52,233 nt of DNA from IMG/VR virus record IMGVR_UViG_3300010231_000010, positions 1 through 52,233 of that record; one strand, 5' to 3'. Both the position numbers and the translations under genes were made by a program. Origin of the DNA: a virus. The notes under the pieces were generated by a model. That model was given only the letters and a program-made list of their open reading frames with translations, did no database searches and was not told the DNA's origin. Shown here in pieces: positions 6,925 through 14,826 of the stretch (position 1 is the stretch's first letter; each line of letters starts with the position of its first letter).

Positions 6925-7043
6925 CGCACGTCCTCCACGCGCTCTCCCTGCCGCTGTTCATGTTCGCCATGTGCGCGCTAGGTGTCCTGTCGAGCGTCCG
7001 TACCGAGAAGGGCCGCAACAAGTCTGGGAGGTTCCGCGCATGA
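6921..7043 (+). CDS. 40-aa single-pass membrane peptide (below the ORF-track cutoff)
   Basis: ATGA overlaps at both ends (antirepressor stop and xis start). High GC3. The product is MTHVLHALSLPLFMFAMCALGVLSSVRTEKGRNKSGRFRA. Confidence 0.55.
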   Translation: MTHVLHALSLPLFMFAMCALGVLSSVRTEKGRNKSGRFRA

Positions 7044-7234
7044 CTCAGTGGATGACGGTGGCGAACGCCGCTAAGTATGTCGACAACGTTTCGGAGCGAA
7101 CGATCCGTGACGCTATCAAGGCCGGCGATCTGATCGCCTATCCGGTTGGCAAGGGCGGCACCCACATTCGGTTGCGTGCTGAGGATATCGACGAGTGGAT
7201 GACCTCACGCAGCTGGGAACCGAGGGCTTCATGA
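7040..7234 (+). CDS. xis: Excisionase / HTH_17-type DNA-binding protein
   Basis: WMTVANAAKYVDNVSERTIRDAIKAGDLIAYPVGKGGTHIRLRAEDIDEWM is an excisionase-family winged helix. GGGAGG lies 8 nt upstream of ATG 7040. Confidence 0.75.
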   Translation: MTQWMTVANAAKYVDNVSERTIRDAIKAGDLIAYPVGKGGTHIRLRAEDIDEWMTSRSWEPRAS

Positions 7235-7539
7235 GGTCTTCTGTTCTTCCGTGGGTTCGTCGGGCGGTGTTCTCGATTCCCGTGTCGGATCAGGACGTCG
7301 CTGATCGTGAGCGTCTTGAGCATGAGTTGGCGGTGTTTCGTCAGTTCTTTGCGGCTGCGGTTCCTGGTCATACGTGCCCTGATTGCGGTGAAACGTTCGA
7401 GTTCACAACGGATTCGGACATGGATGACTACGTGGAGTTGCAGCGGTTCATTGGCTTTCATGGCCGGTGTTTGGAGTTGGAGACGGCGCACAAGCAGCGG
7501 TTGTATTGGACGGCTCGTGCAGGGGTGGTGTCGCGATGA
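7231..7539 (+). CDS. Hypothetical protein with CPDC motif
   Basis: ATGA overlap with the xis stop; coding-like composition. Confidence 0.6.
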   Translation: MRSSVLPWVRRAVFSIPVSDQDVADRERLEHELAVFRQFFAAAVPGHTCPDCGETFEFTTDSDMDDYVELQRFIGFHGRCLELETAHKQRLYWTARAGVVSR

Positions 7540-7712
7540 GCATGGTTCAGCAGGTCATTGTCTACGGCGTCGTGATCGTCCTGTTCGTTTCTGCTGCTTG
7601 GTTGTTGGCGTCTGAAGCGTTGCGGGCGGCTAACTCTCAGCTTTGTCGGAGTTTGTCGGTTCTGGATGATCCGGGCGATGATCACCCCGAAGATGACTGG
7701 GCGGCATCATGA
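7536..7712 (+). CDS. Small membrane protein
   Basis: ATGA overlap; TM segment VIVYGVVIVLFVSAAWLLA. Confidence 0.6.
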   Translation: MSMVQQVIVYGVVIVLFVSAAWLLASEALRAANSQLCRSLSVLDDPGDDHPEDDWAAS

Positions 7713-7924
7713 GCGACCCGGCTGTAGAGGCGGCACAACGGGCGCTTGAGTCACACACCGGTGGCGTGTTGCAGATGGCGGACATTGCCCGTGAAGCACT
7801 CAAGCCGATACGGAACATTCACTACAAGCGCACCATTGGGGAGCATTCGTGGTGTCCGACTTGTCAGGTGTGGCCGTGTAGCACAGCCAAACTCATCTAC
7901 TCCACCGAGGAGCTGGCCCAGTGA
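7709..7924 (+). CDS. Hypothetical protein
   Basis: ATGA overlap with the upstream stop; contains a CPTC...C motif. Confidence 0.6.
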   Translation: MSDPAVEAAQRALESHTGGVLQMADIAREALKPIRNIHYKRTIGEHSWCPTCQVWPCSTAKLIYSTEELAQ

Positions 7925-8346
7925 TCCGCCGGTTTCGTTACGCGCTGACCATTGTCCGTGATCTGTCCATGATTCTTTGTCCTGCTTCGGCTTCGGTGCG
8001 TGCTGAGGTTGTTGCTCGTCGGGCTGCTGATCTGCTGGCTGAGCGTGAGGCTGCCGTGGACGTCATGGAGCCGTGGAGTTTTCCCGCCGCTGGGGTTGCG
8101 GCGGGAACTGGCCCCGAGGTGGTGAGTGCACCCCCGATCGCGCCCACCTCGGGGCATCCCGTCGAGGACCTGGTCGAGTTCCACCACGTCGCATCCATCA
8201 CTGGTGACGGCATCTATTGCGCGTGTCATCACCGGTCCCGGAATTTTCACGGTCACGCCAAGCATGTCGCCGGGTTCGTCCTGTCGATGGTCGAGGCAGA
8301 CGCACGTATGTCTGCCGCCACCAACAAGTTTGGTAGGCAGTCATGA
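7921..8346 (+). CDS. Hypothetical protein
   Basis: GTGA overlap; 141-aa ORF in the same operon. Confidence 0.6.
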   Translation: MIRRFRYALTIVRDLSMILCPASASVRAEVVARRAADLLAEREAAVDVMEPWSFPAAGVAAGTGPEVVSAPPIAPTSGHPVEDLVEFHHVASITGDGIYCACHHRSRNFHGHAKHVAGFVLSMVEADARMSAATNKFGRQS

Positions 8347-8540
8347 GTCATCCATCTCCAGGCAAGTATGCGATCCGGAAGTGCCGATCCAGTGGCAAGT
8401 GGTTGGTGTGGTGGCCGAACTCATCTCGCCCAACCTACGGGTTCGTGTCCTTCGGCGGTGCGTTGAGGAACCTGCTCAAGGAAGTCGGGCCGGTGGTGTG
8501 GCGCCGCAAAGTGCTTCACGACAACAAGTTTCAGAAGTAG
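8343..8540 (+). CDS. Hypothetical basic protein
   Basis: ATGA overlap; 65 aa. It is followed by an 8-bp stem hairpin (8544-8574). Confidence 0.55.
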   Translation: MSHPSPGKYAIRKCRSSGKWLVWWPNSSRPTYGFVSFGGALRNLLKEVGPVVWRRKVLHDNKFQK

Positions 8541-8601
8541 GTCGGTCCGCGCCGGATTGCCCCCGACGCGGACCACGACAACAAGGAAAGGAAGCTTCCA
8601 A

Positions 8602-8853
8602 GTGCCAGAGAACACTTTACCCGAGGGGTATAAGCGCCTAACCCTCACAACCGGGTCGCGAATGTGGCTCGATCCTGACGAGTTGATGGTCGTCTATGCG
8701 CTGCCGAACGCGAGCGCGACGAGCTATGACGTTCAGTTCCAAACCCATTCTGGCGCAGAAGGTTCGACGGAGTGGAAGACGATAGCAGCGGCCGAACTTG
8801 AGCATGCCGCCGCGTCGTTCTGCCGCCAGCTCGCAAAGGGGGTGTCCGCATGA
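8602..8853 (+). CDS. Hypothetical protein
   Basis: GTG 8602 is preceded by AAGGAAAGGAAG. Confidence 0.6.
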   Translation: MPENTLPEGYKRLTLTTGSRMWLDPDELMVVYALPNASATSYDVQFQTHSGAEGSTEWKTIAAAELEHAAASFCRQLAKGVSA

Positions 8854-9089
8854 GCCTACCCGACGGCGTCACGGTCTATCAGACCCGCAGCGACACGTTC
8901 ATCTGGGGACATGGTGACCGCGCCATCATCCATGCCCAGCACTTCCCGCTGATTCTCGGTGGCGGTTGGACGGTGCACGCGGTAGACGTGGATGGTGTCC
9001 AGTCTCGGCACCACGTCGATGAGGGGTGCATGGATCGGTTTGCGGCCGATTGGTGCGGCCGGGTGCTGGGGTCGGCGGTGGGAGCATGA
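8850..9089 (+). CDS. Hypothetical protein
   Basis: ATGA overlap. Confidence 0.6.
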   Translation: MSLPDGVTVYQTRSDTFIWGHGDRAIIHAQHFPLILGGGWTVHAVDVDGVQSRHHVDEGCMDRFAADWCGRVLGSAVGA

Positions 9090-9448
9090 GCGCGACGGAA
9101 GCCAACCAGCCTGACCCGATCGCCGTCGATGTATTCGCTTACTGGCTAGAAGGATTCGCGTATGGCATCGATGGCAGAAGCATCGACGGGCCATGGGTAG
9201 CAGGCGAATTGCACGACTGCCTGATCCAATGCGGATTCGCGTTGGTGAAGCTACCCGCACCGGCTGGCATGGACAGCGACGGGCAAATCTGGTTCGACAC
9301 CACGGAGACTCGCGTCGACACCACTGGCCGTGAACCGGAAATCTACAGCGGCCGAAACCAGCGGACAGTGAAGCAACTCCGCGAGGAAGCCGCCGAACTC
9401 CTGTCCATCGCCGCCCTGGTCGACGCCATCAACGCTGGTGCCAAGTGA
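9086..9448 (+). CDS. Hypothetical protein
   Basis: ATGA overlap at 9086; 120 aa. Confidence 0.6.
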   Translation: MSATEANQPDPIAVDVFAYWLEGFAYGIDGRSIDGPWVAGELHDCLIQCGFALVKLPAPAGMDSDGQIWFDTTETRVDTTGREPEIYSGRNQRTVKQLREEAAELLSIAALVDAINAGAK

Positions 9449-9564
9449 TCTCCATCGCCGATTGGGTCGCCGCGTTCGACCGGATGACCGAAACCGAGAT
9501 CGCCGACACCCTGGCCGCACTCCACCAGTCCTACACCAACGAACTCCAAGGAACACAAGCATGA
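9445..9564 (+). CDS. 39-aa hypothetical protein (below the ORF-track cutoff)
   Basis: GTGA overlap upstream and ATGA overlap downstream fill an otherwise 112-bp gap. GC3 is very high. Confidence 0.5.
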   Translation: MISIADWVAAFDRMTETEIADTLAALHQSYTNELQGTQA

Positions 9565-9899
9565 GACCAATCACCGCCATCGCCGCACTCACCTGCCCAC
9601 TCATGATCCCGGTCGTCGGGTTCTTCCAGCCGGTCGCGCACGCTGACTCACTGACGGCGAAGGAATACAGCTTCGTCACCGAGTACGGCCAGTCGGTCAT
9701 CTGCCCAACTGTCGCGAAGTATCACAGCATCGGTGGTGTCGTCGGCGTCGTGAAAGGCGTCATGGACCAAGGGTTCAGCGCAACCGAGGCAGTGGACGTG
9801 ACGAATGCTTCCGTCGCTGCGTACTGCCCTCAGTTCTGGCCCCTCCTGCAGCAAACCGGCGAATACTTCCGCAACCAGAGCAAGGGCCAGCTGGTATGA
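9561..9899 (+). CDS. Secreted DUF732-like protein
   Basis: AAGGAA RBS. Signal peptide MRPITAIAALTCPLMIPVVGFFQPVAHA, then a two-Cys domain (VICPTV ... AAYCPQ) resembling the C-terminal domain of the 3738..4373 product. Confidence 0.65.
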   Translation: MRPITAIAALTCPLMIPVVGFFQPVAHADSLTAKEYSFVTEYGQSVICPTVAKYHSIGGVVGVVKGVMDQGFSATEAVDVTNASVAAYCPQFWPLLQQTGEYFRNQSKGQLV

Positions 9900-10420
9900 G
9901 CGGCGATGTCGTAGCCAGAGCCAAAGCAGCACTCGATGCCACCAGATGCGCTGACGAGATGCAGGAGTTCTTTCGGGTCGGCTTAGTGCGCGAGTTGATT
10001 GAAGAGCTGGAGATGCAGACAAGTCTTCAGGGGCTGTCCGTGCAAATCCCGGAGTATGGCGAGTGGGGGTCTGAGACCTTGCTGTGCCTGTTCCAAGACT
10101 TCGGGATTCAGCCAGGCGACGGATACCAAGAGGCCTCTTCACGTCAAGGTGACTTGCTCCGCGCACTCGCCGCCGCCAATGCCGAGGTCGAGAAGCTGCA
10201 GAAGAATCAGTGCTCTGCTCTCTGTTCCGATATTGAACGTGACCGGGACCGATATGAGGCCGAGGTTGAGAAGCTGCGCGGCGCAATCGAAGCCATCCGC
10301 ACACTCGCCCGTGTGAACGCCGACCGCACAGAGGGCGACATCTTCAGCCGCGACACCAAGAACCACAACTCCTGGGTCAGCGTCCTGGCTGTCATCGAAC
10401 GCGCAGGAATCGAACCATGA
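9896..10420 (+). CDS. Hypothetical coiled-coil protein
   Basis: ATGA overlap; heptad-like region AEVEKLQKN...YEAEVEKLRGAIEAIR. Confidence 0.6.
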   Translation: MSGDVVARAKAALDATRCADEMQEFFRVGLVRELIEELEMQTSLQGLSVQIPEYGEWGSETLLCLFQDFGIQPGDGYQEASSRQGDLLRALAAANAEVEKLQKNQCSALCSDIERDRDRYEAEVEKLRGAIEAIRTLARVNADRTEGDIFSRDTKNHNSWVSVLAVIERAGIEP

Positions 10421-10743
10421 CCGGCGACACACGAGGCAGCTACCAGCCCCCGCACATCAGCGTCTCGTTTACCCGGCTCGCACCCATCCACAATCAACAG
10501 TGGCGCGAGAACGCTTCCTGCCGAGGCAAAAACGTCAACAACTGGTACCCACACGCAACACCAGGACCAGGCCACGAAGAACGCCAACAATCCCTGGAAG
10601 CCGGCGCCAAACTCGTCTGCCGAGACTGCCCCGTCCGACTCCAATGCCTCCACCACGCCATCACCACCGGGGAGCGATACGGAATCCACGGCGGCCTGAA
10701 CTACCACGAACGCCTCGCACTGAAACGCCGGGCAACCGCATGA
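10417..10743 (+). CDS. whiB: WhiB-family transcription factor
   Basis: Four Cys (C-x25-C-x2-C-x5-C) in ASCRGK...VCRDCPVRLQCL, followed by the G[IV]HGG turn (YGIHGG). Confidence 0.9.
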   Translation: MTGDTRGSYQPPHISVSFTRLAPIHNQQWRENASCRGKNVNNWYPHATPGPGHEERQQSLEAGAKLVCRDCPVRLQCLHHAITTGERYGIHGGLNYHERLALKRRATA

Positions 10744-10895
10744 GGCACCTTCAGTCTGTCCCGCCGCCACCCTGCCTATGCCAACACGGAGCCGAGTGGC
10801 ATTCCCGCAACTACCACATCTGCACCCGCTGCCTCTGCAACGAATACAGACCCGACAAACACGTCTATCCAATGGGGGAGATCGTAACGTCATGA
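10740..10895 (+). CDS. 51-aa Cys-rich protein
   Basis: ATGA overlaps on both sides. The product is MRHLQSVPPPPCLCQHGAEWHSRNYHICTRCLCNEY... Confidence 0.5.
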   Translation: MRHLQSVPPPPCLCQHGAEWHSRNYHICTRCLCNEYRPDKHVYPMGEIVTS

Positions 10896-11062
10896 AAGAC
10901 ACCAGACTTCAGCAAGCACTCGCCGCACTCGACGACGCCAGAACCACACTCAAAGACATCCTGGACGAGGGCGGCATCATCGGCCCCGACCACACATTCC
11001 TGATCCTTGCCTGCGACGACACCAACCGCGCCATCGACAAGGTGAAAGCGGTGGCGGCATGA
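10892..11062 (+). CDS. Hypothetical 56-aa protein
   Basis: ATG 10892 with GGGGAG upstream. Confidence 0.55.
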   Translation: MKDTRLQQALAALDDARTTLKDILDEGGIIGPDHTFLILACDDTNRAIDKVKAVAA

Positions 11063-11889
11063 CCCTGCACACCTACCCCGACATCGAACAAGGCTCCGAC
11101 GAATGGCTCGAACTCCGAAGAGGCATCGTCACCGCCAGCACCGTCGGCTCACTCATCACCACACGCCGACTCACCGCAATCGACTACGAATGCCCCAAAT
11201 GCACAGCCCCACCAAAGAACCCATGCGTCGGACTACGCGACCCAGGCAAGCCACTCGCCACACTGCACGGCGAACGGACCGCCTTCGCCAAGGAGCAACC
11301 GTCGCCGCTCATCATCGAACCGGCCAGCAACGACATCAGCCGCGACCTCACCGCACTCCTTGTCTCCGAACGCATCACCGGCTGGGTTGAACCAACTTGG
11401 GTGTCCGATGACATGCTCCGTGGGCATGAGGACGAGCCCCTAGCGCGTGCTGCCTACGCCGAACACACCGGACTAACCGTCACCCAGTGCGGGTTCATGG
11501 CTCGCGAAGAGCAGCACTGGAAGCTGGGATTGTCACCGGACGGTCTGGTCGGCTCGGACGGGCTATTGGAGATCAAGTCCCGCCGCCCCAAAGGCCAACT
11601 GAAAACCGCTCTCCTGGACGGCATCCCCGCCGAACACATGGCGCAGTGTCAGGCCGCGATGGTCGTGTCTGGACGCTCCTGGGTCGACTACGTGTCATTC
11701 GCCGGCGGGATGCGGCTGATCATCAAACGTGTTCGCCCGAACACGGACTGGAACCGCGCCATCGTCCAGGCGGTCAAACAGTTCGAACTGAATGCGCGCG
11801 AGTTGCAACGCCAGTACGACGAGGCAACGGCGCACATGCCGATGACCGAACGCAATCCGATGATCACGGGGGAGCTGAAACTCGCATGA
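11059..11889 (+). CDS. YqaJ/lambda-Exo-like recombination exonuclease
   Basis: N-terminal QGSDEWLELRRGIVTAS and the central ...LLEIKSRR (E-x-K) PD-(D/E)xK motif. Between them is an inserted CPKC...C segment. Confidence 0.8.
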   Translation: MTLHTYPDIEQGSDEWLELRRGIVTASTVGSLITTRRLTAIDYECPKCTAPPKNPCVGLRDPGKPLATLHGERTAFAKEQPSPLIIEPASNDISRDLTALLVSERITGWVEPTWVSDDMLRGHEDEPLARAAYAEHTGLTVTQCGFMAREEQHWKLGLSPDGLVGSDGLLEIKSRRPKGQLKTALLDGIPAEHMAQCQAAMVVSGRSWVDYVSFAGGMRLIIKRVRPNTDWNRAIVQAVKQFELNARELQRQYDEATAHMPMTERNPMITGELKLA

Positions 11890-12458
11890 AGATCACCGCA
11901 GAACCACGCAGCGATCAACTCAATGCCGATGATTTCGTCGGCAGTGCGATGACGTACACGATCGCGGGCGTCAAAGTTGGTACAGCAGAACAGAAGTACG
12001 ACATCGCCTTAGCTGAGGTGTCGGGTCGTGTGTGGCGTCCACCGTTGACTGTGCTGCGCCTGTTGATCGCGGCGTGGGGTGACGAGGCCGCGAACTGGAC
12101 CGGCAAGCGAGTCACCCTGTACCGCGATGAGACGGTTCGCTTCGGCTCCGATGCGGTCGGTGGAATCAGGGTGTCGCACATGAGTCACCTTCCGACCGGC
12201 GACAAACCGTTCACCGTGAAGCTGACATCAACACGGGGGAGACGTGCCAGCCACACCGTCGAACCGCTTGTGACCCTGCCTCCGATCACTGATGACGATG
12301 CGCTGGATTTTGGGCGTGCGATCAGTGAGGCCGCGTCGGTTATCGAGTTGGAAGAGCTTAAGGCGCAACTGAAGGCGCGTGATTTGGGTGGTCATCGGGG
12401 CGTGTTGCAGTCGGCGTGGACGGCCAGAAACAACGAACTGAAGGGGACGGGAGCATGA
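11886..12458 (+). CDS. Hypothetical protein in the position usually held by the exonuclease partner (annealase/SSB)
   Basis: ATGA overlap with the exonuclease; 190 aa. I do not recognise any RecT, Erf or Rad52 motif. Confidence 0.6.
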   Translation: MKITAEPRSDQLNADDFVGSAMTYTIAGVKVGTAEQKYDIALAEVSGRVWRPPLTVLRLLIAAWGDEAANWTGKRVTLYRDETVRFGSDAVGGIRVSHMSHLPTGDKPFTVKLTSTRGRRASHTVEPLVTLPPITDDDALDFGRAISEAASVIELEELKAQLKARDLGGHRGVLQSAWTARNNELKGTGA

Positions 12459-12757
12459 GCATTGATGTCACGTTCAATCGACTGACCGACAGCTACGAGG
12501 TAAGCGATCCGGTCGACATCGGTAGCGGTGTCTCAATCAAATTCGAGCGCAGCGACGGCGTCATCGTCGGTCTGTTCTGGGATCACGGTTGCCGTTGGGA
12601 TGCAATCGCGTTCGATGTCCCGAGCAATGGTCACGTCCCACCCGACGGCAAGTGGCAGCTCGAATCACTTGAGCCTCTGACTTTGTCGCCGTCTTTGCTA
12701 TGTGGGCAGTGTGGGAAACACGGCTACATCCGCGACGGACGCTGGGTGGGTTGCTAA
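12455..12757 (+). CDS. Hypothetical protein with C-terminal CGQCGKHGY motif
   Basis: ATGA overlap; 100 aa. Confidence 0.6.
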   Translation: MSIDVTFNRLTDSYEVSDPVDIGSGVSIKFERSDGVIVGLFWDHGCRWDAIAFDVPSNGHVPPDGKWQLESLEPLTLSPSLLCGQCGKHGYIRDGRWVGC

Positions 12758-12906
12758 TGGGCGTTACTGCCAGAGAGTTCGGCGCGTGCTGCGGTATGTG
12801 CGGTCGTAACTTCATGTTTGAGACCAAGGAAGGCCGAGATGCGTGGCTCAAGAACCACGACGGCACACACCTCGATTTCGTCTCCTACTTCCGCGTGTCG
12901 TCATGA
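12757..12906 (+). CDS. 49-aa Cys-rich protein
   Basis: TAATG overlap; CCGMCG motif. Confidence 0.5.
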   Translation: MGVTAREFGACCGMCGRNFMFETKEGRDAWLKNHDGTHLDFVSYFRVSS

Positions 12907-13112
12907 ATCTCACCCATCCCGACAGTCCCGACGTCAAAGCCGCCCTCGAAACCAAATGCCGACACTGCGACGTCCGAATCATGTGGCTCGAACACATCGA
13001 ACAGTGGTGGCACATCACCGGAACCAACGTCACCCACGCATACCGAGGCTGCCGAGACGCAAAGGGCAACTTACTCGGACGCGGACCAGCAGAACCCAAG
13101 GAGGAACCGTGA
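12903..13112 (+). CDS. Hypothetical Zn-ribbon-like protein
   Basis: ATGA overlap; CRHC ... C motif. Confidence 0.55.
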   Translation: MNLTHPDSPDVKAALETKCRHCDVRIMWLEHIEQWWHITGTNVTHAYRGCRDAKGNLLGRGPAEPKEEP

Positions 13113-13384
13113 ACGCAACAGAAGACGGCGACGAACCAGTCGGCGAGGCACCGGAATACGTCATCATCACCGCCCCACTACGTGAAGCACTGACCAGCAT
13201 CCCCGTCCTGGGTGAGAACGAACGCCAAGCCATCGCCGAGATACGTGCACTGCACGCCAAGGAATCATGCTGCGGCACATGCGATGCGCGCAACCACTTC
13301 ATGTGCGCATCATGCGGCTGGGGACTCAACAACAACGGATGGCCATGCCAGACTATCGACATCCTCGATGAACGCGGCCTGTGA
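13109..13384 (+). CDS. Hypothetical Cys-rich protein
   Basis: GTG 13109 follows AAGGAGGA; CCGTC...CASCG...C motif. Confidence 0.6.
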   Translation: MNATEDGDEPVGEAPEYVIITAPLREALTSIPVLGENERQAIAEIRALHAKESCCGTCDARNHFMCASCGWGLNNNGWPCQTIDILDERGL

Positions 13385-13800
13385 TGAACACTCCCTACCC
13401 GCGCACCCAACCCAACATCATCGGCAACTTCACCCACGCCCCCGAATGGATGACCGAAGCCGTCTGCGCACAAGTCGATCCGGAATTGTTCCATCCCAAA
13501 AAGGGCGGCCTGACAAGCGAAGCCAAACGCATATGCGCCGGCTGCCCCGTCGCCGCACAGTGCCTCGAATACGCCCTCAACCTCGGCTACGGCGCCACCG
13601 GCATATGGGGCGGAACCTCAACCGCCGAGCGTCGGGAAATCCTGGGCCGCAAACAAGCTCCCCGACACCTGACCGAAGCTGAATCACAGGAAGTCGCCGA
13701 CCTCGTCGCAGCCGGCCTGAGCTACGCCGAGATCGGTCGACGGATGGGATTTCCGCGGCAGACCGTACGCCAACACGCACTCGGCCGAGTCGCCTCATGA
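13384..13800 (+). CDS. WhiB domain fused to a C-terminal HTH
   Basis: AVCAQVDPELF...RICAGCPVAAQCLEYAL...GIWGG, then LSYAEIGRRMGFPRQTVRQH (LuxR / sigma region 4-like HTH). An alternative GTG start lies at 13381. Confidence 0.85.
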   Translation: MNTPYPRTQPNIIGNFTHAPEWMTEAVCAQVDPELFHPKKGGLTSEAKRICAGCPVAAQCLEYALNLGYGATGIWGGTSTAERREILGRKQAPRHLTEAESQEVADLVAAGLSYAEIGRRMGFPRQTVRQHALGRVAS

Positions 13801-13988
13801 CCGTGTGGATCATCAACCAGCGCACCGGCGGCAAAACTGGACCATTCGACACCTACGTCGAAGCCGCAGAGTTCCGCAAGAACGTCCTACGCCCACGCCT
13901 GGACCCAAACCAGCCATGCCCGTTCGCCATCCGCAGCGACCAGCCACCGGCCACCGACGAGCCCGGACTATTCGAGGTGGCGTCGTGA
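13797..13988 (+). CDS. Hypothetical protein
   Basis: ATGA overlap; 63 aa. Confidence 0.55.
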   Translation: MTVWIINQRTGGKTGPFDTYVEAAEFRKNVLRPRLDPNQPCPFAIRSDQPPATDEPGLFEVAS

Positions 13989-14206
13989 GCAACCCCTGCG
14001 GAGTATCCACCGGCGACACCCGACTCGACCACGGCAAGCGCACCGAATGCACAGACCTCGGCCACCCCGGCGTCACCTTCAACGACTGGCTCGACCGCAC
14101 CTGGTGCCTATGCGGAGAGACCTCATACCCCGGCCGCCCCGACACCGTCGACCAACACCTCGCGTGCTGCGGCGGACCACTCGACAGATTCAAGGAGGGC
14201 GACTAG
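13985..14206 (+). CDS. Hypothetical Cys-rich protein
   Basis: GTGA overlap; 73 aa with six Cys. Confidence 0.55.
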   Translation: MSNPCGVSTGDTRLDHGKRTECTDLGHPGVTFNDWLDRTWCLCGETSYPGRPDTVDQHLACCGGPLDRFKEGD

Positions 14207-14817
14207 TGGCCAGACGTGTTCGCCAGGTGCAGATCGCGGGTGACAACTCGGTGCAGATTCAATCCGGCGGCGACATCACCAACATCAGCATCTCCGCATC
14301 GAACGGCAGCGTCGCAGCTTGGAACATCAACAGCGGCGTCACAATCGGTCGACCGCCGCCACCGTCGATCCACTGGGAAGTAGCGGCCCAGAAGCGTCGG
14401 CCTGTGTCGTCTGAATTCAAGTTCGACATCTTCGCAGCCCTGCTCACCGCGACGATCACCGTTGGCCTGCTGGCTGGTTCATTCGTCGGTGGCTTCACCC
14501 CACTCGGCATCGTCGGCATGGTCTGCAATGGTGCGTACGCCGCGATCAAGTCCTGGGATGCGTACAAGCATCGCCCGCGCCTAGTCGAGGTACAGGCCGC
14601 AGAACTTGAGCCACCGGTCGAGAACAAATCCCACACCTGCAAGTGGCGAGAGATGCGCGCCCTTCCGACAAGGGAATTCAGCGCTGCTGGCGACTGTCCA
14701 TGCTGCGGAGTCGTCGATGTTCATCACATGCGAGAACCGATCCAGCCAACCGACCCGCTGGACGCCAGCGTTGTTCGCGCGTGCGTGGAATGCGGCCAGG
14801 AATGGGGCGAGAAGTGA
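14206..14817 (+). CDS. Membrane protein with cytoplasmic Zn-ribbon
   Basis: N-terminal repetitive beta-like segment (VQIAGDNSVQIQSGGDITNISISASNGSV), two TM helices (IFAALLTATITVGLLAGSFV, LGIVGMVCNGAYAAI), and C-terminal CPCC...CVEC. Confidence 0.6.
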   Translation: MARRVRQVQIAGDNSVQIQSGGDITNISISASNGSVAAWNINSGVTIGRPPPPSIHWEVAAQKRRPVSSEFKFDIFAALLTATITVGLLAGSFVGGFTPLGIVGMVCNGAYAAIKSWDAYKHRPRLVEVQAAELEPPVENKSHTCKWREMRALPTREFSAAGDCPCCGVVDVHHMREPIQPTDPLDASVVRACVECGQEWGEK

Positions 14818-14826
14818 GGTCGACGA

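Noticed and set aside
8544-8574. Hairpin GGTCCGCG/CGCGGACC between 8343..8540 and 8602..8853 as a terminator
   Set aside because: It has an 8-bp stem with a 15-nt loop and no T tract, inside a co-directional operon. It could be an RNA structure, but the evidence is insufficient.
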